Below, one piece after another: positions 33,682 to 43,032 of a stretch of DNA of 64,000 nt. The DNA lies in contig JACNFY010000020.1 of assembly GCA_014384375.1 (NCBI GenBank), forward strand, positions 65,222-129,221. Reading direction: 5' to 3'. The translations under genes and the position numbers were made by a program. The stretch comes from Nanobdellati archaeon (lineage in GTDB: Archaea; Nanobdellota; Nanobdellia; Woesearchaeales; GCA-2686295). The notes below the pieces were generated by a model. The model made no database searches. It saw only the letters and a list, made by a program, of their open reading frames with translations, and was not told the DNA's origin. The first letter of the stretch is position 1. Each line of letters opens with the position of its first letter.

Positions 33682-36541
33682 TTTCTAAAATCGGATTCCA
33701 ATCAACCTTCCAAACAAGAATTCTACTTCCAGACACAGAGGTTAAGTCACTAAACTTTTCGAAATGAGTTGTATATCTTCCGTCCAAGTAGAATAACCTT
33801 GTGAACAAAGACTGTGAAAGAGAGGGATGTGTCACTAAAGCTCTGTTAGTCACTCTATCATAGACTAAATCTAATGCAATATCTCCTCCACCAGCATCAT
33901 ATTTTCTAAAGTCTTCATCAGCTATTATAACATTTCTGGGTTTTGTTTCTTGTTGAGCAACAGCTAATCCTGTATTTCTGTCAATAAATGAAAGAATAAA
34001 TCTTGTATCAACAGGGTCTGAAAGGTTTATGATGGCTTTGCTAATTCTAACATTCTGCCCAAGATTACTTTGACCAATTCCTAAACTAACATCACATTCA
34101 GCAATTTCAGAAGTGTTTTTACAGCCCCTCATATTTGGTGTAGCATAATTCGGCCAAGGAGCAATCCAATTATTAACCTGCTGGTCAGATGTTAGTGATT
34201 GAACCTCATAATAGTAATTACTTGCTGCTTCTTCAGTAATATTAAACCTGTCAGTTAACAAATTGATAGCTTCCTGATAATCAGCTTTCTTCACATTGTT
34301 ATATATGAATGATCTGTCAAAATTCCAACTTCCAAAGTGGGACCAAACACCGGCCTTGCCAACCATGTCGCCAGAAGTTATGAAAAAGGCTTCAGAAGGG
34401 TCACAATGAGTGTACATAGTTACATTATTAATAGCATCATCGTCAAAACCTTTTTCCTTCAAATATAAAGCGACCTCATCTTGTTCCATCATAATAATAT
34501 CATAAACTATGTCAACCGAAATCTCAGTATCATCATACTTCTTATTAATCTCGTCAAAAGCATTATTTGCACCACAATCAAGCATTCTCAATATTCCGAT
34601 CGCTTGCTCCTCATCATCATTCATCAAAATCTTCCCTACCCAATGAGCTTGAGGTCTATTTTGGCTTCCACCATCAAAAGTTACTGATCTATCAGCGATA
34701 GATTTAAACCAATGACCAAAATCCCACCAAGAAGTTATTATTGCATCCTCAGATGAGTTATTTTTAATTTTTGTTAAAGTATTCCACCAAGCATCATTCA
34801 TACTGGGAATTTCTCCTTTGGCTGTTCTATCAGCTCCCTTGATAGGGTTAACTAGCAACAATAACAACAGAGCAATTAAGACTGCTGAAATAATTCTTTT
34901 ATTAACCTTAAATTCTCTGGCAACTAAATCTGAAAGTATAGACTGAATTGTCCCCAAAGCAATACCAAAAGCAATACCAAAAGCAGGCACCATTAGTAGA
35001 ACAAATCTAGTTCCCTTCGTACTGGCATATATAGTTCCAACAAACCATATAGTGAGGAACAAGGCGTATTTTACATCTACTTTCCTCTTATCTTTAAGAA
35101 GTAAAAGCAATCCTATAATTAGTGGCAGTAAAAATATAATTATATATTTTATTGGCGAAAATCCAATAAAAGTCTTTGTTATCAATAATAGGTAAACAAT
35201 AGACCCTAAGCCTAAAAGGATGAAATCTCTTTTGTTGATATTATCTCTTTTTATCATTGTGAGAATAACTCCTAAACCCGCTATGAAAAAGAAAAACTTT
35301 CCTCCAATTTGACCGATAATAGAACTTATAGATGCTGGATTAAGTTCAGCGACTGTTGTATAAACGTTGGGCCAAAGATTTGGTTTGGCTACTTGTTTTA
35401 GAACTTTAAAAGAAATCGGTCCTTTGATAAATTGCTCAAAATTTGCAAAGTTCAAGAACAAGGAAACAAATATTCCAGAGAAAACAACAAATAGTATCAA
35501 AACAGTTATCGAATTACGTAACTCTTTAGTCCATAAATTTCTAAAAGACTTTGTCTGAACAACAGATTTTACCACTAGATATGCTGTGTATGCTAAGACA
35601 ACAACGAGTAAAAAATCAAATATATACCACCAACCAGACCAAGCAAAACTGTACAAACCAATAAAGAAACCGGCAAGTGCTAATAGAGGTATTTGTTTCT
35701 TCCAATTATCTGATTCAAAGGCTTCGATAAAAACCCATGCAATTAGAAGAGGAAACAAAACATTGTAAGCATCTGTATCTGCAAAGCCGCCAGCTGTTCT
35801 TCCAAGGAAGGCAGAATGGACAGCCACAATCATTGCAGCAATAAATCCTCCAAAATAACCCACTCTTCTCTTAGCTAAGAAAAAAGCAGGTATCACTGAA
35901 AGAGCAGATAAAAGTATTGGCACAAAGAAAACATTCTTCATCAAACTATTATTGGTGAAGATACTCATAAACTTATGAAAATAGGCTTCAAAAATTGGAT
36001 GGAAAGTAGTTCTTGTAAAACTACCAAGTGGAGCTATTACATGAGTGTTAAATGATCTTCCATTAACTAAGATATCTCCTACATATCCATGGTCTATAAA
36101 ATTTCTTGCCTGCATAAAATAAACATAAGGGTCAATAGCTAACAAATAGGTCTGACCAGATTCATCCTTAAAACGAGACTTCAGATCAAAAGATATTGCA
36201 CGAATCTGAGAATTCAAGCCAGAGCCTTGCTGGTTAAAAAAATCTGCTACTTGCTCATCTATCAATCTGTTTTTGTTCGGTGCTGGCAGATTTGGATATT
36301 GTTGATTTATCTGGTTAGCAACCTGTGCTCTGACAGAATTATAAATATTATTATACGCCCAATCATCTGTTACAGGCAAATAATAAGAATACATCCTAAA
36401 ATGAATAGAGAAATACATAGCTATTAGTATTAACAAAATAGACAGCCAAACCTTATTCTTTCCAAAACTTATTTTTTTGAACAAAGATTTAACTGTTGAT
36501 AAATCAAAAGAGAACTCATCATCAGTTTTTCTCTTAGCCAT
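33674..36541 (-). CDS. aglB: archaeal oligosaccharyltransferase AglB/STT3
   Basis: WWDFGHW (the WWDYG motif), about 13 N-terminal TM helices and a large C-terminal domain. Track ORF starts at TTG 36598; ATG 36541 is preceded by AAGGGGGGT 4 nt upstream and is preferred. Confidence 0.9.
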   Translation of the reverse strand: MAKRKTDDEFSFDLSTVKSLFKKISFGKNKVWLSILLILIAMYFSIHFRMYSYYLPVTDDWAYNNIYNSVRAQVANQINQQYPNLPAPNKNRLIDEQVADFFNQQGSGLNSQIRAISFDLKSRFKDESGQTYLLAIDPYVYFMQARNFIDHGYVGDILVNGRSFNTHVIAPLGSFTRTTFHPIFEAYFHKFMSIFTNNSLMKNVFFVPILLSALSVIPAFFLAKRRVGYFGGFIAAMIVAVHSAFLGRTAGGFADTDAYNVLFPLLIAWVFIEAFESDNWKKQIPLLALAGFFIGLYSFAWSGWWYIFDFLLVVVLAYTAYLVVKSVVQTKSFRNLWTKELRNSITVLILFVVFSGIFVSLFLNFANFEQFIKGPISFKVLKQVAKPNLWPNVYTTVAELNPASISSIIGQIGGKFFFFIAGLGVILTMIKRDNINKRDFILLGLGSIVYLLLITKTFIGFSPIKYIIIFLLPLIIGLLLLLKDKRKVDVKYALFLTIWFVGTIYASTKGTRFVLLMVPAFGIAFGIALGTIQSILSDLVAREFKVNKRIISAVLIALLLLLLVNPIKGADRTAKGEIPSMNDAWWNTLTKIKNNSSEDAIITSWWDFGHWFKSIADRSVTFDGGSQNRPQAHWVGKILMNDDEEQAIGILRMLDCGANNAFDEINKKYDDTEISVDIVYDIIMMEQDEVALYLKEKGFDDDAINNVTMYTHCDPSEAFFITSGDMVGKAGVWSHFGSWNFDRSFIYNNVKKADYQEAINLLTDRFNITEEAASNYYYEVQSLTSDQQVNNWIAPWPNYATPNMRGCKNTSEIAECDVSLGIGQSNLGQNVRISKAIINLSDPVDTRFILSFIDRNTGLAVAQQETKPRNVIIADEDFRKYDAGGGDIALDLVYDRVTNRALVTHPSLSQSLFTRLFYLDGRYTTHFEKFSDLTSVSGSRILVWKVDWNPILENE

Positions 36542-36594
36542 GAAACCCCCCTTCGTGCTAGAAGTTATAATGAGACGTTTATATAATTTTTGCT

Positions 36595-38322
36595 TCAATC
36601 TTTTGCAATATTTTCACTGTCCCACATATCTTGAGGATTATCATTTCTTGCTATTAAAAAATTGTTCATCACTAGATAATCTATTCCTGTACCCATCATA
36701 CATCTATATGCTTCCTCAGGAGTACACACAATTGGCTCTCCTCTGATATTAAATGATGTGTTGATTAATATGGGAACTCCGCTTAGTTTCTCAAACTCTT
36801 TGATAAGAGCATAATATTTCTTGTTTTGTTCTTTTTTAATTGTTTGTAATCTTCCACTACCATCTATATGTGTCACCGACGGAATTAGTTTCCTTTTGTT
36901 TTTCTTCACAGGATAAACAAATAACATATAAGGGACTTCTCTGTCAACTTCAAAATATTCCTTTGCATCTTCCCAAGTTACTACAGGAGCAAAAGGTCTG
37001 AACATCTCTCTATGTTTCACCTTTGCATTAAGTATGTCTTTCATATTCGGATTCAAAGGATTTGCTAAAATGCTTCTATTACCAAGAGCTCTTGGACCCC
37101 ACTCCATTCTTCCCTGAAACCATCCAACAACATCATCTTTCAAAATAAGTTTAGCTGTTTTCCTTATTATTTCAGACTCTGTAAACTCAACATATTTTAT
37201 CTTTCTAGAATCCAGAAATCCTTTTATCTCAACTCTTGAAAATCCGGAGCCAAAATATACATCTTTCAAAACTTGCTTTCTCTTATTCCTAAGAATAGTA
37301 TTGTAAGCGTAAAACGCTGCACCCATAGCTGCTCCTGCATCGCTTGCTGCAGGTTGTATGAACATTTTTTTGAAAGCGGTGTTTTTTGAAATTTTCCCGT
37401 TTGCAACACTGTTAAGAGCCACTCCACCAGCCATGCAAAGATTCTTTACTCCAGTTTCCTTATACAAATTATTTAGTATCTTGAATATTACTTCCTCAGT
37501 TATTTTCTGCAAGGAACAAGCCATATCCTTATATACTTGGTCAATCTTTGACTCTTTCTTTCTTACAGGACCGAATTCCTTTATGAACTTCTTACTTGGC
37601 ATTCTCATCTTGTAATGAAAGTCAAAATAAGACATATCCAACTGAAAGCTTCCATCACTCGCTATCCTAATTACTTTTTTCAACTGCTCATAATAAGTTG
37701 GTTTTCCATAAGCAGCTAACCCCATCACTTTGTACTCATCATTATTCACTTTAAAACCCAGATAAGCTGTAATCGTACTGTATAACAATCCAAGTGAATG
37801 TGGAAAAACAATTTCTTTTGTTATTGTAATATTATTATCTTTTGCATAACCAATACTAGCTGTTGTCCATTCGCCAACACCATCAATAGTAAATATCGAG
37901 GCTTCTTTAAATGGAGAAACTAAGTAAGCTGATGCAGCGTGAGCTAGGTGATGTTCTATAAAGAGAATTTCTCCTTTGTATTTCAAATGCTTTTTCAGCA
38001 TTGAAGGAAATCTAAGTTTTTCATGCAACCATGAAGGCATTGCTTTGTAGAAAGACCAAAAACCACGAGGAAAAACCTCTAAGTATTGGCTTAGTAAGCG
38101 CTCGAATTTCAATAAAGGCTTTTCATAGAAAGCAACATAATCAACATCCTTAATTGTTATTCCTGCCTCTTTCAAGCTGTATAGAGAAGCTTCCTTTGGG
38201 AAGGAATTATCATGCTTCTTTCTTGAGAAGCGTTCCTGTTCTGCAGCAGCAATTATTATGCCATCCTTCAACAAACAAGCAGCACTGTCATGATAATAGC
38301 ACGAAATTCCTAAAATGTACAT
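36595..38322 (-). CDS. NodU/CmcH-family carbamoyltransferase
   Basis: 575 aa. N-terminal ILGISCYYHDSAACLLKDG..AAEQERFSRKKHD and a C-terminal carbamoyltransferase domain (INTSFNIRGEPIV). Confidence 0.85.
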   Translation of the reverse strand: MYILGISCYYHDSAACLLKDGIIIAAAEQERFSRKKHDNSFPKEASLYSLKEAGITIKDVDYVAFYEKPLLKFERLLSQYLEVFPRGFWSFYKAMPSWLHEKLRFPSMLKKHLKYKGEILFIEHHLAHAASAYLVSPFKEASIFTIDGVGEWTTASIGYAKDNNITITKEIVFPHSLGLLYSTITAYLGFKVNNDEYKVMGLAAYGKPTYYEQLKKVIRIASDGSFQLDMSYFDFHYKMRMPSKKFIKEFGPVRKKESKIDQVYKDMACSLQKITEEVIFKILNNLYKETGVKNLCMAGGVALNSVANGKISKNTAFKKMFIQPAASDAGAAMGAAFYAYNTILRNKRKQVLKDVYFGSGFSRVEIKGFLDSRKIKYVEFTESEIIRKTAKLILKDDVVGWFQGRMEWGPRALGNRSILANPLNPNMKDILNAKVKHREMFRPFAPVVTWEDAKEYFEVDREVPYMLFVYPVKKNKRKLIPSVTHIDGSGRLQTIKKEQNKKYYALIKEFEKLSGVPILINTSFNIRGEPIVCTPEEAYRCMMGTGIDYLVMNNFLIARNDNPQDMWDSENIAKD

Positions 38323-38335
38323 TTGCTATCCTCCA

Positions 38336-38581
38336 TTAAAACATCCTATAATATTTCTCGAGTTTTTGGGTTGTTAAATTTTTATCAAGCCAATACGATT
38401 CTTTTTCTTTGATTCTTAAATTCAGAAAATGTTTTCCGACAATTTTAGAGAACAAAGAAGTTAATCCTACACCAATAAAAAACACAGGAACTAAAATAAT
38501 AAAATTTATTATTGATGTTATGAACTCGCTAAACTTCATAAGAAAGTTTTTAAACAAAGAAAAAATTTTTTTCACATCCAT
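38336..38581 (-). CDS. small membrane protein (possibly SxtJ/SxtK-like carbamoyltransferase partner)
   Basis: Start re-set to ATG 38581 (MDVKKIF...) because the track start at 38653 leaves only 5 bp to the divergent ATG 38659. One or two TM helices. The family guess is weak. Confidence 0.35.
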   Translation of the reverse strand: MDVKKIFSLFKNFLMKFSEFITSIINFIILVPVFFIGVGLTSLFSKIVGKHFLNLRIKEKESYWLDKNLTTQKLEKYYRMF

Positions 38582-38658
38582 ATTCTTGTATAGAAAAAGG
38601 AGTAACTTATAAATATTTTTAGAAAAAGTTTTAAAACAGGTTTGATTTATCATATTTT

Positions 38659-38994
38659 ATGGAACCAATACAACTTATTGCAGTACTATTCGCTTTATTT
38701 GCTTATAGCAGAGCTATTCTGCAATTTAAAGATAAGAAAATCACTGGAAAAGAATTTCTTTTCTGGAGTATAATTTGGATCTCAATGATAATCGTAGCAC
38801 TGATACCAGGCATTACTAGTTGGTTCTCAAACCTATTTGGGATTCGCAGACCTATTGATTTAGGCATATATGTTAGCATAATCATACTATTTTACTTGAT
38901 CTTCAGAATGTATGTCAAGCTTGAGGGTGTGGAGCAAAACATAACTAAGGTCGTTCGAAATATGGCAATGAAAAAGGAAAAAAGAAAGAAATGA
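38659..38994 (+). CDS. DUF2304-like small membrane protein
   Basis: 111 aa, three TM helices. The N-terminal pattern IQLIAVLFALFAYSRAILQFKDKKITGKEFLFWSIIW resembles DUF2304 proteins that accompany glycosyltransferases. Confidence 0.45.
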   Translation: MEPIQLIAVLFALFAYSRAILQFKDKKITGKEFLFWSIIWISMIIVALIPGITSWFSNLFGIRRPIDLGIYVSIIILFYLIFRMYVKLEGVEQNITKVVRNMAMKKEKRKK

Positions 38995-39000
38995 TTCTCT

Positions 39001-40113
39001 ATGACTCTTCTTATTGATATTATAAGAGTGATTGACAAATACTTCAATGGTTTATTGTGTTTAATCATAGGATTCCTATCAAAATTGTTTTATTCTAAAC
39101 AACCCAAAAAACCTACAAAGATTGCTTTCATCAAATTATGGGCGATAGGAGACTCTGTAACAACACTCCCTCTTATAAAATCAGTGAAAGAAAAATACAA
39201 GAAAACATCTGTTATTGTGATTGCTAAAAAAAGAAATTTCAGTGTTTACAAAAACCAGAAATTCATTGATTGTATAGTTCTTTTAGAGGGAAGGAATGTT
39301 CTTAAAATCCTAGGATTGTTTAGAAAATTTGATTTGGTTTTTGACCTTGAACCATATCTAAATTTCTCTGCTTTGCTTGCATGGTATATAGGAAAAACAA
39401 GAATAGGATTCTCTGATCAAACAAGATCTACTTTATACAATGAAACAAGTGCTTTTCCAAGGAACAAACACATAGTTGATATATATATGGGTCTTGGAGA
39501 ATTGGTTGGGATTAAAAAGAGAATAACCAATCTACTCAAACTAAAGGTGAGAGAAAAAGACAAGAAAAAAGCAGACTCTTTCTTGAAACAGAGTTATATA
39601 AAAAAATTTGACTTATTAGTTGGCATATGTCCAGGTGCAGCAGAGTCTGTCAGAGAAAGGATGTGGCCAAAAGAAAGATTTGTAACATTAGCTGATAAAA
39701 TTGTGAAAAAATATGGTGCAAAAATAGTATTCATAGGTTCACCTAAAGAAAGCAAGTTAATAGAACAAATAAAAAATAAAATGACTGAACCATCGATAAA
39801 TGTTGCTGGCAAATTAACTCTAGAGCAAACCTTTAGTTTAATTGAAAAATGTAAAATATTTATAAGTAATGATACAGGACCAATGCACATAGCTGCTGCA
39901 CAGGGATGTAAAGTTATTGGCTTATTCGGACCTAACACTCCGAAAAGGTGGGCTCCATTTGGAAAAGGCAATATTTCATTATATCATAAGACTGAATGCA
40001 GTCCTTGCATAGTAAACGAGAAAGGAATAATGCCCAAATGCTTTAACAGAGAGTTCCAGAAATGCATGAAACTCATAACTGTTGAAGAGGTTGAAAAACA
40101 TTTGAAAAAGTAA
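39001..40113 (+). CDS. GT9 glycosyltransferase (heptosyltransferase family)
   Basis: 370 aa. LWAIGDSVTTLPLIKSVK near the N-terminus and FISNDTGPMHIAAAQGCKVIGLFGPNTPKRWAP, the GT9 C-terminal signature. Confidence 0.8.
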   Translation: MTLLIDIIRVIDKYFNGLLCLIIGFLSKLFYSKQPKKPTKIAFIKLWAIGDSVTTLPLIKSVKEKYKKTSVIVIAKKRNFSVYKNQKFIDCIVLLEGRNVLKILGLFRKFDLVFDLEPYLNFSALLAWYIGKTRIGFSDQTRSTLYNETSAFPRNKHIVDIYMGLGELVGIKKRITNLLKLKVREKDKKKADSFLKQSYIKKFDLLVGICPGAAESVRERMWPKERFVTLADKIVKKYGAKIVFIGSPKESKLIEQIKNKMTEPSINVAGKLTLEQTFSLIEKCKIFISNDTGPMHIAAAQGCKVIGLFGPNTPKRWAPFGKGNISLYHKTECSPCIVNEKGIMPKCFNREFQKCMKLITVEEVEKHLKK

Positions 40114-40114
40114 A

Positions 40115-41026
40115 ATGAGATGCGTTGTAACTGGTGGAGCAGGATTCATAGGAAGCAATCTTGCATTGGAATTAGAAAGGCTAAGAAATCAAGTCATAGT
40201 TATAGATACTTTTCTAAAAGGCAATAGAAAAAACTTGGAAGGTTTCAAAGGAGAAATTATAGAAGGAGATGAATCAAAGCTCTCAGATATCAAAGAAAAA
40301 ATTGACGTGATATTCCACTTAGGAGCAATAACTGATACAACAATCACTAATAAGGAAGAGATGTTCAGAAATAATGTTGATGACTTTAAGCTTGTACTTG
40401 ACTTCTGCAAAAAGAATAACTGCAAGCTAATCTATGCATCTTCTGCAGCGATTTATGGAGATGGAGAATCACCTATGAAAGAAGATGATGAACCAAGATC
40501 TCTAAATGCATATGCTGAGTCAAAGCTTGAGATGGAGAAAATGGCAAAGCAAGCATTTAAAGGCAACACATTGGTTGGCTTAAGATACTTCAATGTTTTT
40601 GGTCCGAGAGAGCATTTCAAGGGAAAGATGGCCAGCATGATATATAAGTTAGCCAGACAGATGAGAGCAGGCAAGAATCCGAGGATCTTCAAATATGGAG
40701 AGCAAAAAAGAGATCATGTCTATGTTAAGGATGTTGTGAAAGCGACTATCAAAGCTTTAACATATCCAGACTTTGGAGTGTTTAACGTGGGTACTGGAAA
40801 AGCCACTAGTTTCAATGAAATCATAAAATTTTTAAACGAAGCGCTTGGTACAAGTTATGAGCCAGAATACTTTGACAATCCTTACAAAAGAGCATACCAA
40901 GATTTGACAATGGCCGACATGTCAAAAAGCGAAAAAAATCTTGGCTTCAAAGCAGAGTACACTGTTAAAGAAGGAATAAAGGATTATATTAACTGGTTAA
41001 ACAACACAGGGTGGTATGGTGAATAA
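40115..41026 (+). CDS. hldD: ADP-L-glycero-D-manno-heptose 6-epimerase
   Basis: 303 aa. VTGGAGFIGSN, LRYFNVFGPREHFKGKMASM and YKRAYQDLTMADMS parallel E. coli HldD [20 protein letters not shown] and LKGRYQAFTQADLT (recalled from memory). Confidence 0.85.
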   Translation: MRCVVTGGAGFIGSNLALELERLRNQVIVIDTFLKGNRKNLEGFKGEIIEGDESKLSDIKEKIDVIFHLGAITDTTITNKEEMFRNNVDDFKLVLDFCKKNNCKLIYASSAAIYGDGESPMKEDDEPRSLNAYAESKLEMEKMAKQAFKGNTLVGLRYFNVFGPREHFKGKMASMIYKLARQMRAGKNPRIFKYGEQKRDHVYVKDVVKATIKALTYPDFGVFNVGTGKATSFNEIIKFLNEALGTSYEPEYFDNPYKRAYQDLTMADMSKSEKNLGFKAEYTVKEGIKDYINWLNNTGWYGE

Positions 41027-41582
41027 GGAAATAAAGAAACAATTCGGGGAACACATAGAAGCTGTGAAGAAGAATTATCATCTAATGGATAAAATAGAGC
41101 TGGCAGCAAATACTGTTGTTGAATCTCTAAAAAACAGTGGAAAACTACTTGTATGCGGAAATGGTGGAAGCGCTGCAGATTCTCAACACATAACTGCAGA
41201 ATTGGTTGGAAAATATGAAAAAAATAGAAGAGCTTTGGCTGCTATTGCCTTAACAACTGACACAAGTATGCTCACAGCTTGGAGCAATGACGATTGCTTT
41301 GAAAATGTATTTGCAAAACAGGTAGAGGGATTAGGAAAGAAAGATGATGTATTGATTGGGATTAGTACTTCTGGAAACTCTGAGAATGTTATCAGAGCAT
41401 TAAAAGTAGCAAAAAAGCTTGGCTTGAAAACAATTTCTTTTCTTGGCAGGGATGGTGGAAGAACAAAAGGAATGACGGATATTGAGTTAATAGTTAACTC
41501 AAACAGAACTTCAAGGATACAAGAAGTGCACGAACTTTGTTATCATATAATGTGCGGACTTATAGAGGACAATTTTAGTTAA
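41016..41582 (+). CDS. gmhA: phosphoheptose isomerase (SIS domain)
   Basis: 188 aa. CGNGGSAADSQHITAELVGKY and ISTSGNSENV, typical of GmhA. Confidence 0.85.
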   Translation: MVNKEIKKQFGEHIEAVKKNYHLMDKIELAANTVVESLKNSGKLLVCGNGGSAADSQHITAELVGKYEKNRRALAAIALTTDTSMLTAWSNDDCFENVFAKQVEGLGKKDDVLIGISTSGNSENVIRALKVAKKLGLKTISFLGRDGGRTKGMTDIELIVNSNRTSRIQEVHELCYHIMCGLIEDNFS

Positions 41583-41613
41583 CTATTTATATACACAAAA
41601 GTTTCTAGGCGGA

Positions 41614-43032
41614 ATGAAAGAGCGACTTATCCAGATTATCAACAATTTCAAACGAAAAAGAATTCTTGTCATAGGAGACATTATGCTGGATAAATACATC
41701 TACGGCGATGTATCCAGAATAAGTCCAGAAGCCCCTGTACAAATAGTTAGAGCAAGAAAGGAATCATACAAACTTGGTGGCTCTGGAAACGTTGTAAATA
41801 ACATAACAAGCCTTGGTGCTAAAGCAACTATTATTGGAGAGGTTGGAAAAGACAAAGAAAAAGACATCTTGATAAGACTTTTACGTGAAAAGAAAATAAA
41901 GTCTAGACTAATAAGCACGAAGAAACCAACCATTACAAAGATAAGGGTTGTTGGCAGGAGTCAGCAACTGATAAGGATAGATTATGAGGACGATAAAAAT
42001 AATAATGTTAAAGAAATCATAAAAAAAGTCAAGAGAGAAACAAGAAGCTGTGATGCAATTATAATATCTGATTATGCAAAAGGGTCTATTTCAACAGCTC
42101 TTATGAAGAAAGTGCTTGTTATTGCAAAAGGTAAATCCATAATTGTTGATCCAAAACCAAGTCACAACGTGGATTACAGTGGAGCAACACTAATAACACC
42201 TAATGAAAAAGAATCTTATATTATGAGTGGCTTAGATAAGGGGGAAAAAATATTTGAGGTCATAAAAAAACTTGAGCAGAAAATGAAAACAAAGATTCTT
42301 GTCACCAGAGGAAAAGATGGTATGGCTTTTATCAAAAAGAATGAACTCATAGAGGTGCCAACTATAGCAGAAGAGGTTTATGACGTGACAGGCGCGGGTG
42401 ATACTGTAATTGCAGTTCTTGCGCTTTCAATAGCTTCCGGTGCAAATCTTGAAGAGGCTACTGTAATTGCGAACCACTGTGCAGGAATAGTGGTTACTAA
42501 GTTTGGAACTGCAACTGTTTCAGCAAGAGAACTGTTATCAGCTATTGAAAAGGAGAACAGGAAGCTTAAGAGCCAAGAAGAAATAATAGAAATCAGAAAG
42601 GAGTTGAAGAAGCAAGGAAAAAAAGTAGTATTTACAAATGGTTGCTTTGACATACTACATACAGGGCATGTGAGGTTGCTAGAAAAAACCAGGGCTTTAG
42701 GAGATGTTGTCATACTTGGTTTGAACAGTGATTCTTCTGTTAGAAAGATAAAAGGTCCGACAAGACCAATTATTAAAGAATCCGAGAGAGCAGAGATACT
42801 CTCAGCCTTGGAATGCATTGACTACATTGTGTTCTTTGATGAGAGAACACCTGTAAACATCATTAAAAAACTTAAACCAGACATTCATGTCAAAGGAGGG
42901 GATTACACTAATAAGCCAATGCCTGAAAGAAAGGTTATTGAAGGATATGGAGGTAAAGTTGTTCTAATACCTTTATTCAAAGACTTCTCAACAACAAGCG
43001 TAATCGAGAAAATAAAGAATGAAAAAGCTTAA
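41614..43032 (+). CDS. hldE: bifunctional heptose 7-phosphate kinase / heptose 1-phosphate adenylyltransferase
   Basis: 472 aa. N-terminal PfkB-type kinase (VTGAGDTV) plus a C-terminal cytidylyltransferase fold with an intact motif (TNGCFDILHTGHVRLL). TATA CTATTTATATAC lies about 25 nt upstream. Confidence 0.85.
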   Translation: MKERLIQIINNFKRKRILVIGDIMLDKYIYGDVSRISPEAPVQIVRARKESYKLGGSGNVVNNITSLGAKATIIGEVGKDKEKDILIRLLREKKIKSRLISTKKPTITKIRVVGRSQQLIRIDYEDDKNNNVKEIIKKVKRETRSCDAIIISDYAKGSISTALMKKVLVIAKGKSIIVDPKPSHNVDYSGATLITPNEKESYIMSGLDKGEKIFEVIKKLEQKMKTKILVTRGKDGMAFIKKNELIEVPTIAEEVYDVTGAGDTVIAVLALSIASGANLEEATVIANHCAGIVVTKFGTATVSARELLSAIEKENRKLKSQEEIIEIRKELKKQGKKVVFTNGCFDILHTGHVRLLEKTRALGDVVILGLNSDSSVRKIKGPTRPIIKESERAEILSALECIDYIVFFDERTPVNIIKKLKPDIHVKGGDYTNKPMPERKVIEGYGGKVVLIPLFKDFSTTSVIEKIKNEKA

